Below are positions 25,969-38,240 of a DNA stretch of 64,000 nt, in pieces (positions within the stretch are counted from its first letter, which is position 1; each line of letters begins with the position of its first letter). The notes under the pieces are model-generated. The model worked only from the letters and a program-made list of their open reading frames with translations, was not told the DNA's origin and did not search any database. The translations under genes were made by a program, and so were the position numbers. This stretch comes from Fimicolochytrium jonesii (Eukaryota): assembly GCF_025526975.1 (NCBI RefSeq), contig NW_026515683.1:372001-436000 (forward strand), given 5' to 3'.

Positions 25969-26270
25969 TGGAAGTAGCTCAAAGGTGTAAATATCGTCAT
26001 GCTCGAATCAGTAGTTCGAAGGTCTATAGAGTTCTATGGAGTACCTTGCCTGTATAGAGAGTAGGATCTACACACTGATATAGAATATCCTCAGTGGCGC
26101 CGTGATAGCTCCTCATTGGAGAATCTGAATCAATGAGTGCGTCGGCCTGCTGCCAACATACGCTGAATCGCACGGGCGAGGAAACGGGAGACTGCGACGC
26201 CGTCAGTCAATCCAAGGATGGACGCATAAGCTCAGTCGAAACAGAGGGAGCTCCCCATACGCCTCGCGGA

Positions 26271-27672
26271 CTACCGCCGGACGATCTCGTCCACTTTACT
26301 CTTTTGCAGGGTGAAAGCGGGCGACACCCACGTCCCGCAAGAACAATTGACACCTGTTGTGCGTGTATGAGCGACAATCAGTCAAGACTTTTCTGTGTGG
26401 CCCCTTTGCTCAGCCATGAACTTACCTGCCCAATTCCAAGCGCCTAACTTGGCGCTGCACTGCGGATTGGGGCAGGACACTTTTCCTTCTGTCGCATAAG
26501 GATTGTCTATCGCATCGCCGTTTACACCGGGTATCCAAGACACGGGCTCGATGTAGTATGAGGAGCATTGTGGTTGTAGGGGTGGGTTGGATGGATGTGT
26601 CTTACTTCGACGGGTCATCAGCTTCGCTATCGACTGGCTATCCGGTTGATGAGACATGATTTGGGGTCCGGTGGCAAGCGTCATCCGGCATTTCCGACAT
26701 CGAAGTGTGCGGTTCGAACCCGGCGCTGACAGGTCGGAGACCGCAGTGGGGCTCTGATCAAATCCGGGCATGGACCCCTCAGCACGACCCTCCAGCCTCG
26801 CCTTCGCCATCTGTTTCATCCGAAACATCCGATATCCAGGATATGCCGGGTCCAACTCACAGTTCATCGCTTCCCATAATTGCAGCTGGTGCATGAAGCC
26901 TTCATTCGGTCTGAAGGGGACATCGCATCAGGGATGAGAACCTGACCGATCAGCACGGCAAGGGAGTCGAATGGGCGTACCCGATGCTAGGCCGGACGGC
27001 CATCACGAACGCAAAGGCGCTCTTTAAATCCATCTTCCGTGTCTTCATCAAGTATGCGATGACAACGGCAGCTGAGCGGGAGACGCCGGCTACGCTGTTT
27101 TCATGTGAGGATTTCAGTTATGAGGCGATTTCGAATCAAATGGGAGGGGGTGCATACCAATGCACGAGGACCGTCTTCTCCTCCGTTCGGGCATCATCGA
27201 TGAATCTACGGCAGGCGAGCGCTTGATCAGCGGGACTTGCAAACGGGAAAATGTGGCCTTTGGTCAGATAATATTACTTGCAGGCGTCAGGAAGGTGGGA
27301 CAGGATATCAGCCGTGTCCGAATCTTCCAACTCCACTATGTGCCTGATAAGGCCCTGGAGATACCACAAGGTTTAGCCTCTGTCGAGGGTGTAGGGACAT
27401 GTGAAAGGAGTGTGCGTACATCGGACGGATAGGACTGGTTCAGCCCCAAACTCAACACATGAGTTACACTTTGAGCTTGAAGGATGTTTGCATCTTGGGC
27501 AGGGCCGAGCCTGGGATCACAGGGCGTCAACCCAACATAGCGTATATATCATGGATACTTGCGGCATAATGGTAGCAACGAGCTCGACTGCAGGAGCCAG
27601 TTGTTCACGTGTAGCGACTCACCCACTCAAGTACAACGTGGGCAATATGGCACTCAGTTCATCTTCCGCCAT
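26271..27672 (-). CDS. YVH1: Dual-specificity phosphatase Yvh1/DUSP12 with C-terminal Zn-binding domain
   Basis: MAEDELSAILPTLYLSG start; VLVHC/xAGVSRS active site; PNEGFMHQLQLW; LRCRKCR, CPNPQCSAKLGAWNWAG, CSCGTWVSPAF. Confidence 0.93.
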
Positions 27673-28427
27673 TCAAGCAGTGTACAGCTCCGTCCGGGCG
27701 GCTTGTGTTGCACTGTTACTCCAAGTGCTTCCCGGCTGACCTTGAGATGATGGTGTCCAGGTTGCCTCTGTTGCCAATGCCCGACCTAAAAGCAGACCTA
27801 CTGTACAAGGTTGCTGGTCCAAAGCGTGTCTTGCGAATCTGCTTGCGAATCGTTTTGATACGCGTTCTTCGGTGTTTCGTCTGGAAAAGCCCGGACTGCA
27901 GGCGTACTCTGCTTACTGCAAGACCTACGGTCTGAACGATATCTTCACCCATGTGAGCCGCAGTGTATATGTGATGAATGTCTTGAAGTACAAGGAGAGA
28001 CATCCCACCCCGCGATCAATAATCTATCTTCCATCAATGAGCAGTATGTTCGGTGAGTGGATAGCTTCGGTAGTATCGAGAATAGCTGGTCGTTGTTGCA
28101 CCGCCAGACTGAAGATTCCATCTGACTCCGATATTAGACGACGAGGTACGAGAGGGGCAGCTTCCATTCTCATTTGTTGAACGGTGTTGTGTATCGTATT
28201 GCGGCGTGCTATCGTATAGCGACGGTTGCCGCGAATATGCTCCCGCCTCCCACCATTCCCCTCCTCTGCAATGCCTCCCGTCCTCGCCTCTCCATTCATC
28301 GCTCTCTGTTCCACTGCTCTGCATTCCCAGTCTTACAGCCAAATCCCCCAAACACCTCCGTTTTGCTCCCGGCTTCTCAAAGCTCCTAATGTTGCTGAGG
28401 GCTCCAGCCATAAGCCTGTTATCCACA

Positions 28428-28883
28428 TTACTTCTTCTTCTTCTTCTTGACACCACCGCTGCCTTCGGGCTTCTTTGCCATTCCCGTAACGACTGAAGCG
28501 CAAAAACCAAAAATCATCGGTCAGAAAAGTCCTCACAGCGCAGAACTTTCAAAATCGACGGACTTGCAAACGGCCAGGAAAAACTTACCGGAAACTCGAA
28601 CAGCTTTCCCTCTCGCCGTCAACCGCTCCTCCCTCTCCGCCTGGGCCTGCTTCCACTGATCAACCAGCGGGAGGGCGCGGAACCGGTGGTCCTGCGCGGC
28701 GAGTTTCGTCACATCGATCGAGGGCGGGTAGTGCGTGAGCAGCGCTGTGCGGCGGGACTTTATTGTTGGGGTTGTGGGGGAGGATGTCGTGGCGGGGTGT
28801 GTGAGGGCTGGTGGTAGTATTTTGGAGCGGAGGGCGGATAGGGCAGACAGCCTGGAGGCCGGGGCGGGCAGTGCTGGTGGCAT
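28428..28883 (-). CDS. RSM27: Mitochondrial small-subunit ribosomal protein S33/Rsm27-like, 2 exons
   Basis: SRLSALSALRSKI..HYPP..DQWKQAQAEREERLTARGK and Lys-rich C-terminus KKPEGSGGVKKKKKK. Confidence 0.65.
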
Positions 28884-29022
28884 GCTGCGGGTGGAGTGAA
28901 TTCTCCTCCTTGTGCTCAAGTCCTGTGTCCTTCTGCGGAGATTGCGGAGTTCTCAGAGTTGTTGAACCTGCAGCAACTAAAGCAACTGAGCTAAAGGCTG
29001 CTAAAGGAGTCCGAGAAAAAGC

Positions 29023-29043
29023 TTTGGCGTCAAAAGCGCGAAA
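29023..29043. promoter_or_regulatory. E2F/SBF-type sites in the bidirectional promoter of the Rsm27-like and HP1-like genes
   Basis: TTTGGCGT 29023-29030 and GCGCGAAA (reverse complement TTTCGCGC) 29036-29043. Confidence 0.4.
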
Positions 29044-29153
29044 CCGGGCTGTGAAATCTTGGACAAGGCATTTGTAGTCTGGAGCCCATTATCCCTACTC
29101 CCAACAACGACGCAGCTTACGGATAGGAAGATCGCTCCCCAGGACCGTGATCA

Positions 29154-30357
29154 ATGGGAACGGCCATGCGCAAGGGCCAGAACGGCAACGACGAGCACGG
29201 CGAGCCTGAACGCCACCACATGATACACTTCGACGAAGAGCTCCACATCTTCAGCGATGAAGAAGACCAACAACGTTTTCGCGACGCTCTCACTCCGGAA
29301 TTGGGGGAAACGCAGTTCTCGAATGATTTCGTAGGAGAAGGGGCTTCGCAGAGTATAGAGGAAAGCGTTGGTGGATGGCAGACGCAACCTGTTGCCGATG
29401 ACTTTGAACTAGAATCGGCCGAGGTTCAATTCTCTGGAGAAACCGGTTCGTCCAATATGTTGAATATGTCAGCTAGCAAGCCAGCTGCAGAGACCGAGAC
29501 GAGCCATACTGCAGAAAACGGGAACGCGGAAGCCGTTCCAGCGTCACCCATGTCACTCCATAGTGGCTCGGGGGAATCCAGCGCGGACGATGAGGAGGAA
29601 GAATACGCAGTGGAACAGATTTTGAAATATCGATTGCATAGTAAACTTGGTCCACAATACTATGTAAAGTGGGAGGGCTTCGACGAGAGTGAGAATACAT
29701 GGGAACCTGTTCAAAACCTTGCTGTAAGTGCATCTCCCTGGGTTTTGTGAGCCGGGCAGTGACGCCTGGTTGCGGAGCACCGTGATCTGACGTTGACCTC
29801 CGTCTTCCGGGCCATCTCTCGCCCAGCACAGTAAAGTTTTGCTGAGAACTTTCTGGGCGACAACGCGACAACGCCGTCCCCCAGAAACCCGAAAGCATAC
29901 CGAAGACGCAGAGGAGGACGAGGAAGAGGAAGTAACGGAAGTAGGCTCCACCACATCAGAGAGCAGAAAGCGACGACAAGACAGACCAACAGTCGAGGAG
30001 CCGCCGCGGAAGAAGCTTTCAGTGGCTGCAGCGCGAAGATTAGATGCAGTCTCCTCGCATACCGTAGAGGATATGCCGGCCGATTTCAGCGCGCTTCCGA
30101 ACACGTGGGAACACCTTGTGGATCGGATCGAAAATGCGCAACTGAGCCCGTTTTCAAGCTCGGAGTTGGTCATGACGCTTCTTTGGAAAGATGGCCGGAG
30201 AGAGCAGCACAAAGCTTCGGAAGTGTATAATAGGTGTCCGCTGAAGGTGAGAGGAAAACGAGGTAGCCTTGCAAATGTTAATGGGCATTGATTTACCGTC
30301 CATGACCACCAGGCCATCAGCTACTTTGCGACACATGTCGACCCCATCGAGTTGTGA
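29154..30357 (+). CDS. HP1/Swi6-like chromodomain + chromo-shadow protein, 3 exons
   Basis: Acidic stretch then EEEYAVEQIL..YYVKWEGFDESENTWEP chromodomain; C-terminal WEHLVDRIE..LLWKDGRR..VYNRCPLKAISYF chromo-shadow-like domain. Confidence 0.88.
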
Positions 30358-30618
30358 CATGCCGCGTTAAACTACCTCACCCGGACTCCCCCGAGAGAAC
30401 ATTGGCTGCAAAAGTCAACGGTGTACGTCAGCCTTCTTGCCACAGAACTAGCCTAGAACTGATGGAAAGTCTCACACTTTTTGGAGAGTCGTATACTTAT
30501 TCTACATTTGCGTATGCTCGGGCGTAGGCAGTGTTGCTCAACACCAGCCCACTTTGATCGATTCAATCAGATTGATGCAAAAGGAAACTCGCAAAACATC
30601 TTTCACCCCATGATCCGG

Positions 30619-33358
30619 TCACTCCTCCAAATCCCTAACCTTCTCCCACTCCCGGAGACAAAAGCTCTCCAATTCGGCATAAGCCGCATCCATGTCCTCA
30701 TTCACAATTCTCAAATCAAAAAACTTCTCCTGTCCTTTCCCCTCCAATCCCGCGTATTTATCCACGTGCGCTTTCGTGAGCGCCGCTTTCACCAACCACC
30801 GATGCGTCAACGAGCGCGGCGTCAGGTGAGGTGCCGCTCCTGCCTGCCCGATCTGCCCTTCATCCCCACCATCCTGGACGCCGCTATCACTCTGCTCATC
30901 GGCCACTTCGCTCGGCGTGGAGGGATCTCGCCGTATCGGTGGGGATTGCGCAGATTCCCGCCGACTGATGGACGAAGCAACCGACGGGCTCGCTGTCCTT
31001 GGTCCGGAAACGTGCCGGGAACTGCCGGAACTTGCCATGGTGATAGCATCGGTCTCGTCGGTCTCTTCATTATTGTTGGTGGTGCTGGTGTTGTCATCCC
31101 CACCAGCCACATCACTCCGGCCGGAGGTACTTCCCCGACTCGGCGGGTTCTGCGTCGGTCCTACAATATGCATCGCATGGCTGTCCGATTGTGCGATCGG
31201 GATGAGCTGTTGATGGGACCCATCGGCGTCTGATAACCGCGTTTGAGAGAACGAGCCGGGTGTTGGGGAAGAGTGAGATGGCGTGCTGGCGGGTATATCG
31301 GCGGGAGAACCGTGCAATGCGTGGAGGCGGCTTTGTAATGTGGCGATGTCGGGCGCGGATACGTTGATGTAGTGGCATTTGATGGGGGAGCGTTTGAGTG
31401 ATAGTACGCCCTGTCAAACAAAACGTTAGTGAAGAATCGAAGTGAACCAAAGAAAGGAGGACATCCCACGCATACACTCACATCCAACTCCATACAAAGC
31501 ACCCCAATCCGCCCGCTCTCCGTCGCCCGATCCAGAACATCCTCGCACACGCCGTACATCTCCCCAAACAGGACCGCGACCTGCACGAATCGGCCTTGTT
31601 CAATGACAGCCTGCATGTCGGCTTTGGAGGTGAAGTGGTACTCGACGCCGTCTGTCTCATGCGGCCGTGGCGGCCGCGTCGTGTGGGAGGGGATCAGGGT
31701 GTAGATGTCGGGGTGTGTGGTTGTTAGGCGTTGGGCGAGGGATCTGTGAGAAAATTCAGAACTAGCTGCAAATTTTGCTACGTTGGCGAGGAACTGTACC
31801 GTACCTCTTCCCCACTCCCTTACTCCCACAAATCACAACAGGCCTCAACCGCCTCGCTCTCATCAACTCAACCTTCCCGATCGTAACCATCCGCGGAAGC
31901 ACGTAATTCTTCAGCATCTCCGCATGCTGCACGCTGGCGACCATGGGCGGCGGCGGGCTGAACATGTTGATTGCCGCTGTTTTCTCTTCGGCAGTTACGG
32001 GGAGTCCGTCTAGTACTGTGAGGCGCGGGAGGCGGAAGACGATGCGGAGACGGTAATCTGCGTCCGGGGGGTGGGAGGGTAGCGATGCTGGGGCTGCTGC
32101 TGCTGTTGACATGTTCGTCTCCCGCGAGGAACCGACCCGCGAGATCGGGTTATCCCCCAAATGCACTTCCCGCAAATGCACCAACTCCTCCAAGGCCGCC
32201 ATACTCTCTTCCAACCCTCCAATCGCATTCCCTTCCACATCCACTTTCCGCAACGCCAACAACCCTTTCAAGACCCTTAACTCTGTAATATCATTGAATC
32301 CAACCCGCAACTCCTCCAACTCCGCCAACCCCTCAAGGCCCTCCAGCCTCGATATCCGATTCCACCGTAAATCCAGGTACTGCAACGGCAACCCCTCCAA
32401 CCCCTCAATTTCCACAATCCCATTATTAACCAAACTCAAATGCGTCAGATGCGCGCAGTGCTGTAATCCAGACCCGATGTTGCAGATCATGTTGCGGTCG
32501 AGGCATAGTGTGCGGAGAAAGCGGTGTGGGGAGAGGTCTGGGATGGTTGTGATTTGGTTTTTGGAGAGGTCGGCGAATTGGAGGTTGTGCGGGGGTGGGT
32601 GGAATGCGAGGGCGGAGGGGAGTTTGTTGTTGGAGAGGTCGAGGTGGGTGAGGTAGCGGAGGGTGCCGAGGACTGAGACGTCTGAGTAAGGTGGAATGAA
32701 TATGTTAGATTGATGCTGTGAAGCATCTAGGCGTGTGTGTTGAAGAATTTGCTTTACCTGTGATTCCATTCCCGGGGAGCTCTAATGTATGAAGAAACGG
32801 ATAGTTTCTCAGCATGTCCAGCTGATTGAATCCTGCGTTCTGGAATAATTGCGGTCCACGTATCAGCGAACGACACATCCAACTCTCCGCCCTTATCCCC
32901 ACTCAAAGATGGTCAAGTACACCCACCGGAAGACTCAACTTCCCAAACACCATCCTCAACTCCCTCGGCGCCCTCCCCAACATACTCAACCCCGTCCTCA
33001 AAACTTCAAACGGCAACGGCAGCGCCTCAACCCGTTTCGAAAACTCCGCTTTCTCATCCACCTGCGGGACCACAACCGTTGGTTTGCCGTTCTTCTCCCC
33101 CTCCCCTTCCACATTTGTCACGTTAGCGGTTTCCTCGGTGACACCTAGACCGGCTTTACTCCCCACCCGCTCGACGCCTTCGACTTCGAGGTTGGCTTGG
33201 GAGACGGATTTGTTGGCAGGGAGGGCGCTGACTTTGCGCTTGGTGGCGGAGTTGCCCCGGGAGCCGGGGGCGGCGGTGGTGGGTTTGGGACCAGGGGAGG
33301 TGGAGAGAGCGGATTTGGAGGCGGAGGTGCTACGGGAGGGGGATTTCTTGGTTGCCAT
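30619..33358 (-). CDS. LRGUK: Leucine-rich repeat and guanylate kinase domain protein (ciliary/flagellar)
   Basis: SDS22-like LRRs (LTHLDLSNNKL, LRTLCLDRNMI), LRRcap YRLRIVFRLPRLTVLDG, then RPVVICGSKGVGK, SHTTRPPRPHETDGVEYHF, FFDLRIVNEDMDAAY. Confidence 0.85.
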
Positions 33359-33631
33359 TTTTGTATGTTCAGTGGTGTGATGGGGTGTCAATGGATTTGC
33401 TGGAGTCCAGTTTGAAATCGTTGTAGTACCATAGACCTCCGTCCGCTTTTTCGCTACCGTTACGTGCAACATTCCTTTTGGCTCCGGTTTTGGTCGGAAA
33501 CGCGCTGTCGATATCCTGTCATTTTCACGCGTCATCCCCAAGTCCCGACCCTCCGCATGTCCATACCTTTTCTCGAGTCCGTTTCTTGTCACGACGAACT
33601 ACGGTCGACAAAGAAGAGAAGCACAAACGAA

Positions 33632-35469
33632 ATGAACGACCTCCTCCCCACAGACAACATCCAAGCCCTGGCCTCCTACGCAGACCGGCACGAGCTCTTC
33701 GACCTGTTCGAAGGCATCATCGGGCGCATGGTGATCGACAAACCGGACGATGCCATACAGTTTATGATTGAGCAGTTGCAGAAGAGTCCTAGTGAGTTTG
33801 GGGGAATGGAGTAGGTGAGAAAGTAGGGTTGGTGCTGATGGGGTTTTTTTTTTGTTATGGGGGTTTGTAGCACATGGGATTGTGATTTTGGGACCGCCTA
33901 CTTCGGGGCAGGGGAGAATTGTAAGTTTGAAGCCCCAAACATCAATTCGAATACGAGCACAGGACAAAATCAGCTCATCCAATCACCCCCTCTCCCTGAA
34001 AAAGGCCGAACAACTAGCCCTCACCCTCGACCTAGTCCAAATCTCCGCCGGCCGTCTCCTCGCCACCGCCATCGAACGCCAAACCTCTCTCGGCACGCAA
34101 GCCCGGCCCTACCTCGAACGCGGCGAATACGTCCCGGACGCCGTCATGCTCGGCCTCGTCATGTCCCGCCTCCAAGACCCCGAGGTCGCCCTGCGCGGGT
34201 TTGTCCTCGAAGGCTTCCCGCGAACAAAAGATCAGGCTAAAGGGCTGATCTCCCGTGGCGTGTTGCCCACAAGGATTATTGTTTTTGAGATACCTGAGGA
34301 AGTTATTGTGGAACGGCAGACGGGGACCAGGATCGACCCGTTGACGAATCGGTTGTATCATCTCCGCACCAACCCCCCGCCGGATAACCCCACCCTCCTC
34401 GCCCGCCTGATCCAACGACAAACCGACAAACCCGACGCAATCCGGAAACGACTCGCGCAGTACCGGCGACACCTCCGGGGTGTCACTGAGGCGTTTGATA
34501 GGAGTATTGTGCGGACGGTGGAGTTGGGGGAGGGGATTAGTGAGAAGGGGGATGAGGCGTTGGGGGCGTGTGTGAGGGAGGTGGAGAGCGGGAAGGTGAC
34601 GAGGGCGCCGAGGATGGTTAGGTGTGTGGTAGCGGGGTTGCCTGGGTGTGGGAAGACGGTGGTGGCCGAGATGATGGGGAGGGAGTTTGGGGTTGTTGTT
34701 GGTAGGTTTATCGGTCTTGCGATCGGTGGATTGGGTGATGTTTCGCAGCGGAACTGGAGCTGACTTGGGGGCGGTTTTTTGTAGTTTCCCCACGCACAGT
34801 CCTCCTCGAACTCCTCTCCCTCTCCACCCCCAAAAGCAGCCAATACGCCCAATACATCAACGACCCCGATTCCGGTAACTCCCCAGTAAAACCCATCCTC
34901 CCTATTTCCCCACCAACTCACCCCCCTTCTCTTCCCACCAGTCCCAGACGACCTAATCCTCCCCCTCATCCTCGACCGCCTACAAAAACGCCACTGCATC
35001 GACCGCGGATGGGTCCTGGACGGGTTCCCGCGGACGAAAGTGCAGGCGGATGCGCTGAAAGATGCGGGGATTGTACCTAACCGGTAAGTCTTTTTACCCC
35101 CCTCCATCGCACGTGCTCATATACAGCAACACTGATAACACATTTATTACACACAGGATCCTCTTCCTCCACGCCACACCCGCCACCTGCCTCCACCGCC
35201 TCCTCCACTCCCCAGCTTCCCCCTCAACAAACCCCCAATCTCGCATCGACGCCGCAGCATCCCTACACAGCGATATCCTCTCCATCTACGCGCCCGGCCG
35301 GGCGAAAGGGGGGAAGGGCCGCACGCCGGCGGGGGTGAAGCCGGGGGAGACGGTTGGGGTTGTGCAGGATATTGATGCTGATGATGGTGGAGAGGGAGGG
35401 GAAGGGATAGAGAGAGTTTTTGAGAGGGTTAGGGGGGCGATGGTCCGGAGTAATAAGGGGGCGTTGTGA
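33632..35469 (+). CDS. AK8: Adenylate kinase 8-like: N-terminal RIIa/Dpy-30-type docking helix plus two ADK domains
   Basis: [34 protein letters not shown]1 [39 protein letters not shown]2 [22 protein letters not shown]. Confidence 0.82.
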
Positions 35470-35789
35470 GTGGGTGAGGGGGTTTTTGGGACGGTTTTTG
35501 TATGGGGGGTTGGAATTGCATGCATTCAGTTTCCAAGTGAGACCTATTCCAGCCGAAGTTGGGATGTTACGCGGTCACTTTCCGATTATCAAGTCCGCAT
35601 CACAACTGAACACCATCAATACACTAAGAAAATGAAATTTTCCAGTTCCCTACGATGAGAGTCGAAGAAAAGAAAAGAATAAACAGCGGGAGGGAGGGTG
35701 TCACAGAAGAAAAGGGGTTTAGGGTTATCTCCTGTTCATAGGGGGTGGTGAAAGTGTGTGGAAATGTTTGTTTTGGCTGACTTGGATGC

Positions 35790-37613
35790 TCATTTAGTGG
35801 TTCCCTTTGGCCACATCCCGCTCTCTACAAACTCCGTCACGACGTCCCTGAGGTTGGCTTCTGTCATGTTCGGGACCTTGTATTCGAAGCCGAGGGTTTT
35901 TTCGATCTGTGTAGGTTGAAGTGAATTCCGGAAAACTTGTCAGCCTGCTCGCCCAAATCCAAGAGAAGCAGATTATGGTGTTTTTCTGCCACACCCCACC
36001 TTAGAACCATCAACGCTTAACGCATTGTCCTTCAACAACTCCTTGTCCAAGAAGGGCGTCAGCGGGGTATTGGTGACACCGCCTGATTTGCACAACTCGG
36101 ACCAGGGCTGCAGATGCTTCTCGTTGACATCCTCCGTTACCGACTCCAAGTTCAACTGTAGGAAATGGGAACTCATCAGAACGCATTGTTCCACGCGTGC
36201 GTGGGGAAGATTCTGCTCACCTTGGCGAATTGACTGATCATTGTCCCTTGGAAACCGGTATCGATTCCGAAAAGAGCCTTGATCAATTCGTTGACCTTGC
36301 CTTGATCTAGATTCATGAAAATGGTCAGCAGTCGCCGATATTTCCAATGCTCCATTATCGCAATTTACCTGTTTCGTTGTGGTCAGCGAGATTGTAAATC
36401 TCAGGGCTGGCCACTGGGCCTGTTCTGCCACCCTTCTCAGCCGTTGTCCCGGTCACATGCCATATCCCACGGACCTATTGCGTACATGTCGGTAAATACA
36501 TGGAAACCTCGCTGACTAAAAAGCGCCAGGTTCCGTCGACGTACGGCGTCAGTAACATGGACGGTGTTCATCCTCAAATCCTTTGTCCAGAGGAGCTCCA
36601 TCTTCTCGCCAAGTTGTCTGTAAACGGCTCCCATAATCAAACGCGGGGCTACGAATTTCGTTTTAGTGCCCAATCCATAAACAAAACATGATTTCTGATG
36701 CCCAGAAAGAACTCACTGATGCCGTAGACATCACCGGGGCCGTATACCAGAGCAGGTCGGACGATAACCAGGTTCAAACTAAGGTCAAGTAGGGTTTTAG
36801 CAATATGGAGTCGTTTTGCGGTTGCTCAACACAGATGCCGCCTGAGTACCCTGGAATCTTCTTTAGCTCTTCCTCCGCCTTCAGTTTCGATTTCGCCACA
36901 GCAGTCCAAGGCTTGAGCTTGCTCTCTTCTGTGGATGGTTTCTATTGATGAAATGACAAAAAATTGGTCAGCTTTGGCACTTTTTCCCACGTTCAACAGT
37001 CTCAATAACAAGATGTGCGAACCTTATCCGACTCGTAAACTTGAGCAGTGCTCACTTCCACGAAAACCTTGACCTTCCGCTTTGCAGCCTCCTTTGCGAC
37101 AGCAACGGACAGCTGATATGTTCGTTCGTCATATACTTCGTCTGACTGCCCGTATTTTGTCTCGGCAGCGAGGTTGATGACATAGTCGAACGCTGAGCCG
37201 TCGTCCTTTGTGTATATCTTTTCAATGGCGGCTGCATGAGAAGGAAGAAAGAACGAATTGGAATTGGGAGGTAAGTCACTCGGTCATAGTGAGAATCCTT
37301 CCCACGCGTTTGCCCATGGCCCAAGTTGTCCCTCTAGAATGGCCCACCATCTTACTACCTCCCACGAACTGAAAATGAGGCCGGAATGCCCAGTCCGCCT
37401 CCACTGCTTACCAGGGTTGGCCAGATTCGCCTGCTTGAATTCGACCCTCTTGTCTTCAAAGACCTTCTTGAGCTTGTCGGAAAGATAGGCCGTAGCCGGG
37501 AGGACCTTGTCAGCGACTCGGATGTTCGCGGCAATATCGTTTTCGACCAAGTAAGCGACGAGGTGCCTTCCAAGGAAGCCGACACCACCGAGAACAAGAA
37601 CAGATGGTGCCAT
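35790..37613 (-). CDS. NAD-dependent epimerase/dehydratase (extended SDR) family protein, multi-exon
   Basis: VLVLGGVGFLGRHLV Rossmann motif, INLAAET, EVSTAQVY, RPALVYGPGD, NTVHVTD, TPLTPFLDKELL. Confidence 0.88.
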
Positions 37614-38240
37614 TGTGCGAGCCTGATGTTGTATCAATGGAGACGTCTATTTAGCCCTGCTATATCTATGGGAGTGGGTGGCGGTTGGGATGTGAAGTTG
37701 ACAGCCGACGCGTAGTAGAGTAGAACGACCGTTGTTCAGCCGGAGAAAGCTTCCGTATTGTGGCCGTCTGGTAAAATGTGGAGTGCAGAGGAGAGAGCGT
37801 CGTTCTGTAGTCGAGGGAAATGTCTGACTGTCTGTCTGCGGCCTGCCCGTGATGGCGGATACGATGAGTCGAGGTTTTGAGTTACTGTATGTTTGCGGCA
37901 TAGCCCTCTGAAAGAAAGACACCCAGAGATGGTTCCCACGGTCCTCTCGGGGAAGACATGGAAATGCGGTGACGAGCAATTGGACAAACAATCGGACTGC
38001 GCGTGGCTGTGCATCTCATTTCGTTCCCGCCATGTCTTTCAAGAGACTCTGGTTGTTCGTGGGGAAAAAACGTCCAACGACGTCGGGCATCCCAAGGCGT
38101 AAACGACAACCAAACACCATTGCTGGGCGATGCGGGACAAGCACTTCGATACGCTTGCTTCCACGCTCAATATCTTTCCCGGGCCCTCACTTTGGACGTA
38201 TAGTTAGCAGAGCCGTCGGGTCCTATTTTTTTTCCCCCCA

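Noticed and set aside
27970..28115. Box C (GTGATGA) .. CTGA snoRNA candidate
   Set aside because: No terminal stem or recognisable rRNA guide; such short motifs are expected by chance.
29590..29725. Chromodomain as part of a chromovirus integrase
   Set aside because: No RT, integrase or LTRs nearby; the gene has introns and a chromo-shadow-like C-terminus, consistent with HP1/Swi6.
34032..34793. Long antisense or overlapping ORFs (also 29553-30317, 30481-31233, 8694-9386)
   Set aside because: Shadows of real genes caused by high GC and skewed codon usage; low-complexity translations without motifs.
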